Assembly (NCBI GenBank): GCA_015228925.1
Contig: JADGCQ010000009.1
Span: 1,515-65,514 of the forward strand
Reading direction: 5' to 3'
DNA length: 64,000 nucleotides
DNA from: Magnetococcales bacterium
GTDB lineage: Bacteria; Pseudomonadota; Magnetococcia; Magnetococcales; UBA8363
Below, in pieces: positions 54,580 through 64,000 of this stretch. The position numbers and the translations under genes are program-made. Positions within the stretch are counted from its first letter, which is position 1. Each line of letters starts with the position of its first letter. The notes beneath the pieces were generated by a model. That model saw only the letters and a program-made list of their open reading frames with translations. It was not told the origin of the DNA and searched no databases.

Positions 54580-55896
54580 ATGCGCATTACCATGATCGGT
54601 ACCGGATACGTCGGGTTGGTTTCCGGGGCTTGTTTTTCCGAGTTTGGGGCCGAGGTCATCTGCGTCGATTGCGATACCTCCAAGATTGATCGACTGAATC
54701 GGGGGGAAATTCCCATCTTCGAGAACGGGCTGGAAGAACTGGTCACCCGTAACCATAAAGAAGGGCGGTTGCTTTTTCAGACCGATACTGCCGCAGCGGT
54801 CGCCGCTAGCGACGTGGTGTTTATCGCCGTGGGAACCCCGGAACGCCGTGGCGATGGTGCCGCCGACCTGCGCTATGTTTTTCAGGCGGCACGCGATGTG
54901 GCACGCGGCATTCAAAAATTTACCGTCGTCGTCACCAAATCCACAGTCCCCGTCGGGACCGGCCAGCAGGTGGCGCGGATCATCCGTGAAGAAAACCCCG
55001 AGGCCGATTTTGAAATGGCCTCCAATCCCGAATTTTTACGCGAAGGGGCCGCTATCGAAGATTTCATGCGGCCCGACCGGGTTGTCATCGGTGTGGAATC
55101 GGACCGGGCCGCCCAGGTTTTAAGAAATCTTTATCGTCCTCTGTATCTCAGTGAAACCCCCATACTCATCACCAATATTGCCACCGCTGAGTTGACCAAA
55201 TATGCCGCCAACGCTTTCCTGGCGACAAAAATAACCTTTATCAATCAATTGGCCAATCTTTGTGAATCGGTTGGGGCGGATGTTCACCACGTCGCCAAAG
55301 GGATGGGATTGGACCAACGGATTGGCAGCCAGTTTTTGCAACCCGGTCCCGGTTATGGTGGCTCGTGTTTCCCCAAGGATACCCAGGCCCTGGTGAAAAC
55401 CGCCCGGGAACATGGCCAACCCATGGGGATCGTCGAGCAAGTCATCGAAGCCAACCGCCTGCAAAAAGAGCGGATGGTGGATAAAATCGTCGGTGCCCTG
55501 TCGGGAACGGTCGCTGGCAAACAACTTGCGGTCCTTGGACTCACGTTCAAGTCCAATACCGATGATCTGCGGGATGCCCCGGCACTGACAATATTGCCGG
55601 CACTGCTCCGTCAGGGGGCGATCATACGGGCTTATGATCCCGAAGGGATGCGGGGGGCGGCCCAGCTTCTTCCCGGTGTGGAAATGGTCCAAGGCCCCTA
55701 TGAGGCCTGCAAGGATGCCGATGCCCTGATTATTCTCACCGAGTGGAACCAGTTTCGCAACCTGCAACTGGACCGCTTGAAAACACTGTTAAAACCACAG
55801 CCAGGCACAGGCCAGGTCTTCTGCGATTTGCGAAACATCTACGAACCCGCTCTGATGAAAGAGCTTGGATTCCACTACATCTGCGTAGGCCGCTAA
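54580..55896 (+). CDS. ugd: UDP-glucose 6-dehydrogenase
   Basis: The N-terminal NAD motif is ITMIGTGYVGLVSGACF and the catalytic Cys context is GGSCFPKD. 438 aa. Confidence 0.9.
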   Translation: MRITMIGTGYVGLVSGACFSEFGAEVICVDCDTSKIDRLNRGEIPIFENGLEELVTRNHKEGRLLFQTDTAAAVAASDVVFIAVGTPERRGDGAADLRYVFQAARDVARGIQKFTVVVTKSTVPVGTGQQVARIIREENPEADFEMASNPEFLREGAAIEDFMRPDRVVIGVESDRAAQVLRNLYRPLYLSETPILITNIATAELTKYAANAFLATKITFINQLANLCESVGADVHHVAKGMGLDQRIGSQFLQPGPGYGGSCFPKDTQALVKTAREHGQPMGIVEQVIEANRLQKERMVDKIVGALSGTVAGKQLAVLGLTFKSNTDDLRDAPALTILPALLRQGAIIRAYDPEGMRGAAQLLPGVEMVQGPYEACKDADALIILTEWNQFRNLQLDRLKTLLKPQPGTGQVFCDLRNIYEPALMKELGFHYICVGR

Positions 55897-55899
55897 CCC

Positions 55900-57294
55900 A
55901 TGAATGCAATCAATCCGCACATTTTTCGTGAATACGATATCCGGGGCATTGCCGGAAAAGATTTGACCGAGTCTTTGGTATTCGACTTGGGCCGAATTTT
56001 TGCCAGCCGCCTTCGCAAAGAACTTTCCCTGGTTACCCCACCCAGGGTGGCGGTCGGTCGTGATGGTCGCCTCTCCTCGCCACAACTGGCGGCAAAACTC
56101 GCCGCCGGATTGGCCCAAGGGGGTGCCCTGGTGGATGATGTCGGGTTGGTTCCCAGTCCTGGGCTTTATTTCGCCATGCATCATTTCAAGGCCGATGCCG
56201 GGATCATGATCACCGGCAGTCATAATCCGCCCGATTATAATGGCATGAAAATGGTCAAGACCAGCCGCCCCGTCTATGGCGACCAGATTCAGGAACTCAA
56301 ACACGCCCTCATGGCAGAATCCTTTGAGGATCATCCCGGCGGAGCCATCCACAAGACGGATATCCTGGACGCCTACCTGCAACGGTTGATTGTGGATTTT
56401 AAACCGGGTCGCCCAGTCAAGGTGGTCCTGGATTGCGGCAATGGGGCCAGTGGTGTCATTGCGCCGCAACTTTTGGAAAAACTTCCCGGAATCGAGGGGG
56501 AGGTGCTGTTTGCCGAGGTCGATGGCCGCTTTCCCAACCATCACCCCGATCCAACCCTCCCCGAAAATCTTCATCAACTGCGCCAGCGTATGCAGGAGAT
56601 CGGTGCCGAGATCGGCATCGCCTACGATGGGGATGGGGATCGCATCGGTGCTTTGGACCATCAGGGTAAGATCGTCTGGGGGGATCGCATGATGATCCTG
56701 TTCGCCCGCCAGATTCTCATTACCCATCCGGGTGCAACCATCATTGGCGACGCCAAATGTTCCCAGGTGATGTTTGATGCCATTGCCCAGGCGGGGGGGA
56801 ACCCCTTGATGTGGAAAACCGGGCATTCGTTGATCAAAACCAAGATGAAGGAGACCGGTGCCCCTCTGGCGGGTGAAATGAGCGGCCATTTATTCTTCGC
56901 CGACCGCTACCTGGGGTTTGATGATGCCCTTTATGCCACGGTGCGCCTCCTTGAAATCATTGCCCAGGCCCCCTCCACGCTGGCGGAACGTCTCAGCGAC
57001 CTCCCCGAAGTTCATGCCACCCCCGAACTGCGCATCGACTGCCCAGATGAGAAAAAGTTTCAGGTCATGGCACGCATCCTCCAGGGGGAACGGGACAAAG
57101 GCTCCGATTTTTCCGATGTCGATGGGGTTCGCGTCCGTTGCGATGGTGGGTGGTGGTTGCTGCGGGTTTCCAATACCCAACCGGCCCTGGTCGCACGGGT
57201 GGAAGCCAACACCTTAAAACGGCTGCACGAAATCGCCCAGGAGGTCGCAGCTCTCCTGAAGCCGGAAGGGGTCTTTCTTCCCGCCTGGGAATGA
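55900..57294 (+). CDS. phosphomannomutase/phosphoglucomutase (alpha-D-phosphohexomutase)
   Basis: The active-site phosphoserine loop is TGSHNPPDYNG, the metal loop is DGDGDR and the sugar loop is GEMSGH. Confidence 0.9.
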   Translation: MNAINPHIFREYDIRGIAGKDLTESLVFDLGRIFASRLRKELSLVTPPRVAVGRDGRLSSPQLAAKLAAGLAQGGALVDDVGLVPSPGLYFAMHHFKADAGIMITGSHNPPDYNGMKMVKTSRPVYGDQIQELKHALMAESFEDHPGGAIHKTDILDAYLQRLIVDFKPGRPVKVVLDCGNGASGVIAPQLLEKLPGIEGEVLFAEVDGRFPNHHPDPTLPENLHQLRQRMQEIGAEIGIAYDGDGDRIGALDHQGKIVWGDRMMILFARQILITHPGATIIGDAKCSQVMFDAIAQAGGNPLMWKTGHSLIKTKMKETGAPLAGEMSGHLFFADRYLGFDDALYATVRLLEIIAQAPSTLAERLSDLPEVHATPELRIDCPDEKKFQVMARILQGERDKGSDFSDVDGVRVRCDGGWWLLRVSNTQPALVARVEANTLKRLHEIAQEVAALLKPEGVFLPAWE

Positions 57295-57342
57295 CCGTTT
57301 TATGGACGGTCGGAATGATGGCAGAACATTGAGAGAATCATC

Positions 57343-58671
57343 ATGAGAATTGACCGCCTGAAGGTGACCCATTTCAAGGGATTTAATTCCCGTGAATTTA
57401 TGTTTCACCCCCAATTCAATCTGATCGTGGGGATGAACGGTACTGGGAAAACCAGTGTCCTTGATGCCCTGGGGGTGACAACAGGTGTTTGGCATATAGG
57501 AATGAAGAATAATGTTATCAATCTTATTCATCCTGATGCGATAAGGCTCTGTCAATTTAAGCATAAGGATAGTACCGAGGATGAAGAGTACCATTCCAAC
57601 ATACAGTGGGAACATGTTTATCCCTGTGAAGTTTCTGCCTCTGGCTTGGTTCAAGGTCAAAACCTCTCCTGGACCATCTCTCAGACTTCTCAGTCCCGCT
57701 TCAGTGTGGTTGAAGGTTCAACCAGGATCATGCAGATGGCCGCAGAGACTGCTCAATCCATTCGCAATGGATCAAACATCCCTTTGCCGCTCATCTCCTA
57801 TTATAGCCTCGGAAGGTCGCGGCAGGAGCCACACGGCTCATCCAAAATAACTGACCCCATGGAAATTGTCAGCAAAGAGGATCAATCCCGTCTGTCTGAA
57901 TATTGGAACTCTGTCGATCCCAATTTTTCGGTCATCCATCTGACACGCTGGATTGCACGACAATCGTGGATTGCCTTTCAGCAGTCAAGTCGCGTTCCAC
58001 CTGTGTTCCTGGCGGTCAAAAAAGCTATGGTTTCCTGCATTGAGGGGGCAAGTGATCTTTATTTCGATCCCAACCTTGGGGAAGTTGTCGTGGCATTATC
58101 CACAGGAACACTCCCTTTTTCCTATTTAAGTGATGGGCAACGCTCCATGTTGGCCATGGTGGGTGATATCGCGCTTAAAGCAGCCAAATTAAATCCACAG
58201 TTTGGCAGTACCGTCTTGGAGGAAACATCGGGGGTGGTGCTGGTCGATGAACTCGATTTGCACCTTCATCCACGCTGGCAACGGGGTGTGATCGAAGATT
58301 TGCGGCGCGTATTCCCCAAGATTCAATTTATTTGTACCACCCACTCCCCGTTCCTGATTCAATCGTTGCGCAGTGGTGAAGAGTTGATCGTCCTTGATGG
58401 CCAACCCACGGCTGAAGTAGCAAACAAATCGATTGAGGAAGTCGCGCTGGGTATTCAAGGGGTTAATGGTATTCACGTCAGTCAACGATATAAAGAAATG
58501 GAAAATACGGCCCAACGCTATCTTGAAATGCTGGAACAAGGTTCCGCCGTTCCGAGAGATCAACTGGAAGCGTTCAAAAACAGGTTGGCTGGAGAGTTGA
58601 TGCCCTATGCGGACAACCCAGCATTCCAGGCTTTCCTGGAAATGAAGCGTGCGGCCAAGCTGGGGAGTTGA
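57343..58671 (+). CDS. ptuA: Septu-type PtuA-like ABC/SMC-fold ATPase
   Basis: The N-terminus is MRIDRLKVTHFKGF, Walker A is GMNGTGKTS, and Walker B plus the D/H-loop region is VVLVDELDLHLHP...TTHSP. 442 aa. An HNH gene follows directly. Confidence 0.7.
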   Translation: MRIDRLKVTHFKGFNSREFMFHPQFNLIVGMNGTGKTSVLDALGVTTGVWHIGMKNNVINLIHPDAIRLCQFKHKDSTEDEEYHSNIQWEHVYPCEVSASGLVQGQNLSWTISQTSQSRFSVVEGSTRIMQMAAETAQSIRNGSNIPLPLISYYSLGRSRQEPHGSSKITDPMEIVSKEDQSRLSEYWNSVDPNFSVIHLTRWIARQSWIAFQQSSRVPPVFLAVKKAMVSCIEGASDLYFDPNLGEVVVALSTGTLPFSYLSDGQRSMLAMVGDIALKAAKLNPQFGSTVLEETSGVVLVDELDLHLHPRWQRGVIEDLRRVFPKIQFICTTHSPFLIQSLRSGEELIVLDGQPTAEVANKSIEEVALGIQGVNGIHVSQRYKEMENTAQRYLEMLEQGSAVPRDQLEAFKNRLAGELMPYADNPAFQAFLEMKRAAKLGS

Positions 58672-58674
58672 ACC

Positions 58675-59412
58675 ATGAGGCCGGTATGTCGTGGCTCATC
58701 GCCCCAAACTGACGATTTTTCAAATTATAGCGATGCCAAGCCAGAGTTGGTATCACGGCTCGGCCCATATTGCAGTTATTGTGAGCGACCGATTCATACA
58801 AACTTAGCCGTGGAGCATATCCAACCCAAGGGGCTGGCGGAATATGCACATCTGGTGGGGTGCTGGAGCAACTTCCTTTTGGCTTGCGTCAACTGTAATT
58901 CGTCCAAATTGGACAAAAATGTCAATCTAGCACAGACGATCCTGCCAGATCGTGATAACTCTTTTTTTGCACTCCGTTATCTCCCAGATGGTCGGATTGA
59001 GCCATCTGCCGCAGCCATATCTGGAGACTTCAAGACGATGGTTGCGGAAACGTTAGCATTGACCGGGTTAGACAAGGCCATGGTCATAACGCTTGATAGC
59101 CATGGCAGACAGGTTGCGTTGGATCGAGTGAGCCAACGTATGCAGATATGGCTCAAAGCTGAAGATGCCAAAACGGATATTGAGAATAATCCAGCAAATT
59201 CCGTTCTTCGAGAATTCGCCGCAAAATTAGCCGTTGCGGAAGGTTTTTTTAGTATTTGGATGACAGTTTTTGACGGCGATCCCGATATGCGCAACCGTTT
59301 GATCGATGCCTTTCCAGGGGTAAGGGGGAGTGGTTGTTTTGACCCGATCAGCACAGCCCCCGTTTCACCCGCTCCCAATCCTGATGGTCTGGCCCATGGT
59401 GGCAAGATATGA
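58675..59412 (+). CDS. ptuB: Septu-type PtuB-like HNH endonuclease
   Basis: The HNH core is CSYCERPIHTNLAVEHIQPK...NFLLACVNCNSSK. 245 aa. It starts 3 nt after the ATPase stop. Confidence 0.7.
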   Translation: MRPVCRGSSPQTDDFSNYSDAKPELVSRLGPYCSYCERPIHTNLAVEHIQPKGLAEYAHLVGCWSNFLLACVNCNSSKLDKNVNLAQTILPDRDNSFFALRYLPDGRIEPSAAAISGDFKTMVAETLALTGLDKAMVITLDSHGRQVALDRVSQRMQIWLKAEDAKTDIENNPANSVLREFAAKLAVAEGFFSIWMTVFDGDPDMRNRLIDAFPGVRGSGCFDPISTAPVSPAPNPDGLAHGGKI

Positions 59413-60341
59413 AACCGTTGGATACCGCAATCCTGTTGGCTGGAGTCCCTTTGGCCTCCCCGGTCACGTTGTTATCGGGGTGTGTCGGTTTTTGTGAAGA
59501 CTTGGCCCGTATGGAAGGGTTTGATTTTTCTGCCGTAGGGGCTATTTTCCTCAAGGGGACCACACTTCAGGCGCGCCAGGGCAATCGACCACCACGGGTT
59601 GTGGAAACGCAAGGGGGGATGCTCAATGCCATCGGGTTGCAAAACCCCGGGGCACGCCATGTCGTCGATCATATCCTCCCCACCATTCAACACCTGCCGA
59701 CCCGTTTTTTCGCCAATATTGCCGGTTCCACCGTGGCGGAATATGGTGAAGTCGCCCGCATTTTCGATGACAGCCCCGTGGATGGGATCGAAATCAATAT
59801 TTCCTGCCCCAACGTCAAGGAGGGAGGGGCCGCTTTTGGTTCCGATCCCAAGGTTGCGGCACACGTCGTTGAAACCGTGAAACGGGTAACCTCCAAGCCG
59901 GTCATCACCAAACTTTCCCCCAATGTCACCGATATCACCCGTGTAGCCCAAGCGGTTATCGATGCCGGCACCGATGCCATATCCGCCATCAACACCCTGA
60001 TGGGAATGGCCATCGACCTGGAAAAACGCCGTCCTGTCCTGGGTAACGGCCAAGGGGGACTCTCTGGACCCGCCATCAAACCTGTGGCATTACTACAAGT
60101 CTGGCGTATTCACCAAATTGCCGGACCCAGGGGTATTCCCATCGTCGGCCAAGGGGGAATCACGACCGCACGCGATGCCATGGAATTTATGGTCGCTGGT
60201 GCCACGGCCATTGGATTGGGTACCGCCCTATTTCGTAATCCCCTGGGGGCCAGGGAAGTCCTGGATGGTATGGTGGCCTGGGGCCAACGCCTGGGTGTTG
60301 CAAACTTCCATGAGATCAGGGGGACACTCAACCAACCATGA
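59409..60341 (+). CDS. pyrD: dihydroorotate dehydrogenase, class 1 catalytic subunit
   Basis: Supporting sequences are GMLNAIGLQNPG, EINISCPNVK (active-site Cys) and GGLSGPAIKP...VGQGGI. The ATG overlaps the ptuB stop (ATGA). Confidence 0.85.
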   Translation: MKPLDTAILLAGVPLASPVTLLSGCVGFCEDLARMEGFDFSAVGAIFLKGTTLQARQGNRPPRVVETQGGMLNAIGLQNPGARHVVDHILPTIQHLPTRFFANIAGSTVAEYGEVARIFDDSPVDGIEINISCPNVKEGGAAFGSDPKVAAHVVETVKRVTSKPVITKLSPNVTDITRVAQAVIDAGTDAISAINTLMGMAIDLEKRRPVLGNGQGGLSGPAIKPVALLQVWRIHQIAGPRGIPIVGQGGITTARDAMEFMVAGATAIGLGTALFRNPLGAREVLDGMVAWGQRLGVANFHEIRGTLNQP

Positions 60342-60401
60342 TGACCACCCCCATGATGCCATTTCCCCTTCCGGCATCGCGGATAAACAGGAGTCACTTT
60401 C

Positions 60402-61370
60402 GTGCATGTCGTATTGGCGCAACCCCGGGGATTCTGCGCCGGGGTAGAACGGGCAATAGCCATCGTGGAAAAAGCCCTCGAAGTCTATGGGCCACCTTTG
60501 TATGTTCGCCATGAAATCGTCCACAACCGGAGGGTGGTGGAATCTCTGCGGCGCAAGGGGGCGGTATTCGTCGATGAGCTTGACTTGGTTCCCGATGGTG
60601 CCACGGTGATTTTTTCCGCCCACGGTGTATCCAAGTCTGTCGCCCAAGAGGGCCATCGCCGTCCATTGCGCGTATTGGATGCCACCTGCCCCCTGGTGGA
60701 AAGGGTCCACCGCCAAGCCGTCCGCTTCCATGATGAAGGGTATCGCGTCATCCTCATCGGCCATCCCGGTCATCCCGAAGTCGAAGGGACCGTCGGACAA
60801 CTGCCACCGGGAAACATGGAGGTCATCAAAGATGAACAGGCCGTCGGCACCCTTCCCCACAGCCATGATCACAAAGTCGCCTATATCACCCAAACCACCC
60901 TCTCATTGGACGAAACCGCCGAGGTGGTCCAACAATTACAGGCCCGTTTTCCCAACATTCGGGCACCTGGACGAGAAGATATCTGCTACGCGACCCAAAA
61001 TCGACAAAACGCCGTCAAGGCTCTCACCCAACGTTGCGATCTGATTTTGGTATTGGGCGCGCCCAACAGCAGTAATTCCAACCGCCTGCGGGAAGTGGCC
61101 GAACGAGGAGGGACACCCGCCTATCTCATCGAGTCAGCGACCGATGTTCACATGGCGTGGTTTGAGGGCGTTCAAACTCTGGGGATCACCGCAGGGGCCT
61201 CCGCCCCGGAAATATTGATCGATGAACTACTGGCCCATCTGCATGTGGATCATCACAATGTCGAAGTGTTGTCGGTCAACGAAGAAAATCTTGTCTTCCC
61301 CCTCCCCAGGGAGTTGATCAAAGACATGGATATGATCTCTCCATCGTCATCACAGCCCCCCCCACAGTGA
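60402..61370 (+). CDS. ispH: 4-hydroxy-3-methylbut-2-enyl diphosphate reductase
   Basis: Supporting sequences are PRGFCAGVERAI, HEIVHN, DATCPLV and NSSNSNRL. Confidence 0.9.
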   Translation: MHVVLAQPRGFCAGVERAIAIVEKALEVYGPPLYVRHEIVHNRRVVESLRRKGAVFVDELDLVPDGATVIFSAHGVSKSVAQEGHRRPLRVLDATCPLVERVHRQAVRFHDEGYRVILIGHPGHPEVEGTVGQLPPGNMEVIKDEQAVGTLPHSHDHKVAYITQTTLSLDETAEVVQQLQARFPNIRAPGREDICYATQNRQNAVKALTQRCDLILVLGAPNSSNSNRLREVAERGGTPAYLIESATDVHMAWFEGVQTLGITAGASAPEILIDELLAHLHVDHHNVEVLSVNEENLVFPLPRELIKDMDMISPSSSQPPPQ

Positions 61371-61383
61371 TCCATCGGCCACC

Positions 61384-62208
61384 ATGCGTCCAACCAAACC
61401 AACCTTGGAACATTCCAGAATCGGAATTATCTTCTGGATTTTTTCCATCCTCTGGCTCATGGGATATGGCCATGGCTGGAGTATGGACAACCAGGATGCC
61501 TGGGGAGGCGTTCCGGGGGAAACATTGGAATTTGATCTTCAATGGTTGGGGATACCGGCGGGTCGCGCTTCCATCATGATGACGACCGAATCGGTTCAAC
61601 GGGTCAATTTTGAGGCGGAAGCACGCACCATTGGGGTATTAAAAATTTTTGGTCCATTCCATGATCGCATCCGTGCCATCGCTCGGAAAGGCCCTGTAGA
61701 TTTTACCAGTTTGGAAGTCTTCAAAGATCAACGCAAAGGTCAGGATATTCGCCTGACCCATGATTTTTTTGATTGGAAGAACAGGCTTCTCACCCGAAAC
61801 CGCCAGGGAGAAGACCTCAAAGGATTACCCCTTGAAAAACCTGGTACCAACGACCCGGTGACAGGATTTTTTTCCATCCGCAGCCTCCCCGATTTTGGCC
61901 CGGGGAAAACCATACAAAAACCCATGCAGGTGGGATGGGCCATCGAAGAGGTTACATTTCGGGCGGATGGTGTGGAACGACGCTTAAGTCCAGTGGGTTG
62001 GTTTGATGTATTCCGGGTCCGCTTGGAGATCCCCCATTCGGATCTGTTTCACCAGCCGGATGATCTGGTCCTATGGTTGACGGCAGACCGGAGACGATTA
62101 CCCATCCGGGTCGAATCGGTATTACGCCTCGGTCGCGCCTCAGCCGACCTGATTGCCTATGATGATGGTCGTGGTGGAAAAAAATCCGCTGATAAGGAAA
62201 AAAAATAA
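61384..62208 (+). CDS. DUF3108-like periplasmic/outer-membrane protein
   Basis: It has an N-terminal hydrophobic signal and a beta-rich sequence with LEFDLQWLGIPAGRASIMM, typical of DUF3108. Confidence 0.6.
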   Translation: MRPTKPTLEHSRIGIIFWIFSILWLMGYGHGWSMDNQDAWGGVPGETLEFDLQWLGIPAGRASIMMTTESVQRVNFEAEARTIGVLKIFGPFHDRIRAIARKGPVDFTSLEVFKDQRKGQDIRLTHDFFDWKNRLLTRNRQGEDLKGLPLEKPGTNDPVTGFFSIRSLPDFGPGKTIQKPMQVGWAIEEVTFRADGVERRLSPVGWFDVFRVRLEIPHSDLFHQPDDLVLWLTADRRRLPIRVESVLRLGRASADLIAYDDGRGGKKSADKEKK

Positions 62209-62951
62209 TGGCTCCCCGTGTTATCGCAATCATCCCCTCCCGTTTTTCCTCCCAACGCCTGCCGGGCAAACCGCTGTTACCCATGGCGGGCAAACCCATG
62301 ATTCAGCATGTCTACGAACGGGCCATCCGGGCTAGGTTGGACGATGTGATCGTTGCTACCGACGATGAACGCATTCAAGCGGCAGTCCAGGGTTTTGGCG
62401 GTCGCGTGGTCATGACCCGCACAGACCATCTTTCCGGTACCGACCGCGTGGCCGAAGCGGCTCTGGGGTTGGATGCCGATTTTATCGTCAATATTCAGGG
62501 TGACGAACCCCTCTTGGATCCAGAGGCCATCAATCAGGCGGTCACCCCCTTTTTGACCGATGACCGTCTGGTCATGTCCACTCTGGCGCATCGCATCACC
62601 CAGCCTGCGGAAATCATGGATCCCAATGTGGTCAAGGTGGTCTGCAACGCCCAGGGGTTTGCCCTTTATTTTTCCCGCGCCCCCATACCGTGGGCGCGAT
62701 ACGAAGACCATGGACCTCCTGGTGCTTGGCGTCACATTGGCCTGTATGTATTTGGCAAAGATTTTCTGGCCCTGTTTGCCGCCCTCCCCCCGACCCCTTT
62801 GGAAAAACGCGAAGGATTGGAACAACTGAGGGCTTTGGAACACGGATACCCGATACGTGTCGTGCCGTCCAATGCGGGGGCATTGGGGGTGGATACCAGG
62901 GCCGACTATGAAAAAGTCCGTTGCATTCTGGAACAGGGAGAACAATCATGA
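62208..62951 (+). CDS. kdsB: 3-deoxy-manno-octulosonate cytidylyltransferase (CMP-KDO synthetase)
   Basis: Supporting sequences are IIPSRFSSQRLPGKPL, VATDDERI and NIQGDEPL. Confidence 0.9.
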   Translation: MAPRVIAIIPSRFSSQRLPGKPLLPMAGKPMIQHVYERAIRARLDDVIVATDDERIQAAVQGFGGRVVMTRTDHLSGTDRVAEAALGLDADFIVNIQGDEPLLDPEAINQAVTPFLTDDRLVMSTLAHRITQPAEIMDPNVVKVVCNAQGFALYFSRAPIPWARYEDHGPPGAWRHIGLYVFGKDFLALFAALPPTPLEKREGLEQLRALEHGYPIRVVPSNAGALGVDTRADYEKVRCILEQGEQS

Positions 62952-63301
62952 ATGAACCTTCCGGGACCATCGAATTCAATCCCAAACGGGTTTCCCAACG
63001 CCTGACGGAACAAACGCCCGCCATCCTCCGCATTGACAAAGAAAAAATTCCCGTCGAAATTCTTGATATCGGGGTTTCCGGTTTCGGCCTTCATGCCATG
63101 GTTGGGTTGGATTTGGGAAACCTTGTCGAATTGGAGGTTACCAGCGACGGCAGCTTGGATGCTTATATTTGCAAGGTTGTTTTTTCCAGTCAGGAGGGAA
63201 GACATTTCCGTATCGGTCTTGAAATCCTTGAACAGGAACCAGAAATCGTCATCATGTCACCCGATGACGAGGAGGCGCAATATCTTAATATGGGAGAATG
63301 A
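62948..63301 (+). CDS. PilZ-like domain protein
   Basis: RVSQR fits the RxxxR motif, and LDIGVSGFGL is an imperfect DxSxxG. About 117 aa. The ATG overlaps the kdsB stop. Confidence 0.5.
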   Translation: MNEPSGTIEFNPKRVSQRLTEQTPAILRIDKEKIPVEILDIGVSGFGLHAMVGLDLGNLVELEVTSDGSLDAYICKVVFSSQEGRHFRIGLEILEQEPEIVIMSPDDEEAQYLNMGE

Positions 63302-63912
63302 CGTTGATGGGAAAACTACGGCGATGGATTTGGTTGATTTTTCTCATTCTGAACGGTTGCGCCACCGTTCCGGCAAACGTCGATCAGGCCTGTGTTCTCC
63401 TGGAAGGGCGTGATGATTGGTATAGAAGTCTTCGCGCTTCCGAAAAAAAGTGGGGCGTTCCCATGCACGTCCAACTGGCGATCATTCACCAGGAGTCGAA
63501 ATTTCGCTCAGACGCCAAACCGCCCCGAAAAAAATGGTTTGGTTTCATTCCCGGCCCCAGACCTTCCAGTGCCTATGGTTACGCCCAGGCCCTGGACGAC
63601 ACCTGGGCATGGTACAAGAAAAAAACGGGTAATTCCTGGGCCGACCGCGATGATTTTGATGATGCGGTCGATTTTATCGGTTGGTATGTCGATATCAGCC
63701 ATAAAACCATCGGATTATCCAAATGGGACGCCAAATCACACTATCTGGCTTACCACGAGGGGCATGGTGGCTATAAAAAGAAGACGTTTCTGAACAAACC
63801 CTGGTTAGTCCATGTCGCCGATAAAGTCGCTACCAGGGCTTCCGAATACAAAGAACAACTCAAAGAATGCAGTTCTACCTTGGATAGTAGAAAAAGTTTT
63901 TTCAGTTTCTAA
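63298..63912 (+). CDS. lipoprotein with lytic-transglycosylase-like (SLT/goose-lysozyme fold) region
   Basis: The lipobox is LILNGC, and the catalytic-Glu context is LAIIHQESKFR, with AYGYAQALDDTW also present. Confidence 0.6.
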   Translation: MTLMGKLRRWIWLIFLILNGCATVPANVDQACVLLEGRDDWYRSLRASEKKWGVPMHVQLAIIHQESKFRSDAKPPRKKWFGFIPGPRPSSAYGYAQALDDTWAWYKKKTGNSWADRDDFDDAVDFIGWYVDISHKTIGLSKWDAKSHYLAYHEGHGGYKKKTFLNKPWLVHVADKVATRASEYKEQLKECSSTLDSRKSFFSF

Positions 63913-64000
63913 TGGAAAAAGATCCAAAAAGGGAATCGGTTTTGCCTCATCAGAAGAAAAATTTATGAAGCGTGTAGAGGACACAATCGGGTAGAGTCGA

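Noticed and set aside
57295-57342. I looked for a retron (msr/msd ncRNA plus reverse transcriptase) upstream of the PtuA/PtuB pair.
   Set aside because: Only 48 nt separate the phosphomannomutase stop from the ptuA ATG. There is no RT gene and no extended inverted repeats.

Overview
This is a 64-kb chromosomal segment from a flagellated Gram-negative, proteobacterium-like genome; I cannot assign the taxon from sequence alone. I call about 70 genes.

Housekeeping blocks:
- thiD (partial) and serA
- miaA
- a contiguous minus-strand flagellar operon, flgB-flgC-fliE-fliF-fliG-fliH-fliI, preceded by a GG-N10-GC sigma-54-type promoter
- guaB-guaA
- rlmE-greA-carB-carA
- ugd plus a phosphohexomutase
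- pyrD-ispH-DUF3108-kdsB

Accessory content:
1. A roughly 12-kb, translationally coupled glycan or lipid tailoring locus (6.9-19.6 kb). It combines a split transketolase, three methyltransferases, a B12-type and a SPASM-type radical SAM enzyme, a polyprenyl-phosphate GT2 and two GT-C membrane transferases (ArnT/PMT-like and YfhO-like). It also contains homopolymer tracts at gene 5' ends and a 47-bp duplicated gene junction. This is my best candidate for an undescribed system.
2. Three copies of a MITE/PATE-like nested palindrome with identical ~40-nt terminal inverted repeats, always at gene 3' ends (21.2, 31.9 and 46.1 kb).
3. A Septu-type PtuA/PtuB pair wedged into a housekeeping gene run (57.3-59.4 kb).
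4. An orphan module of an S24/cI-type repressor, an unknown ORF and a Mor-type activator, with paired operators (4.3-6.0 kb).
5. HEPN-MNT and HicA-HicB (apparently fused) toxin-antitoxin loci.
6. A DUF4351-type pseudogene broken by a 7-bp tandem duplication.
7. Two sensor-less sigma-54 activators, one carrying a GAYSGA loop.
8. A secreted GH31-CBM20 glucosidase.
9. A DUF1640 protein containing six 54-bp tandem coding repeats.

I found no rRNA, tRNA, CRISPR array, transposase or integrase by eye. All functional calls rest on motifs I read in the supplied translations. No database search was run.
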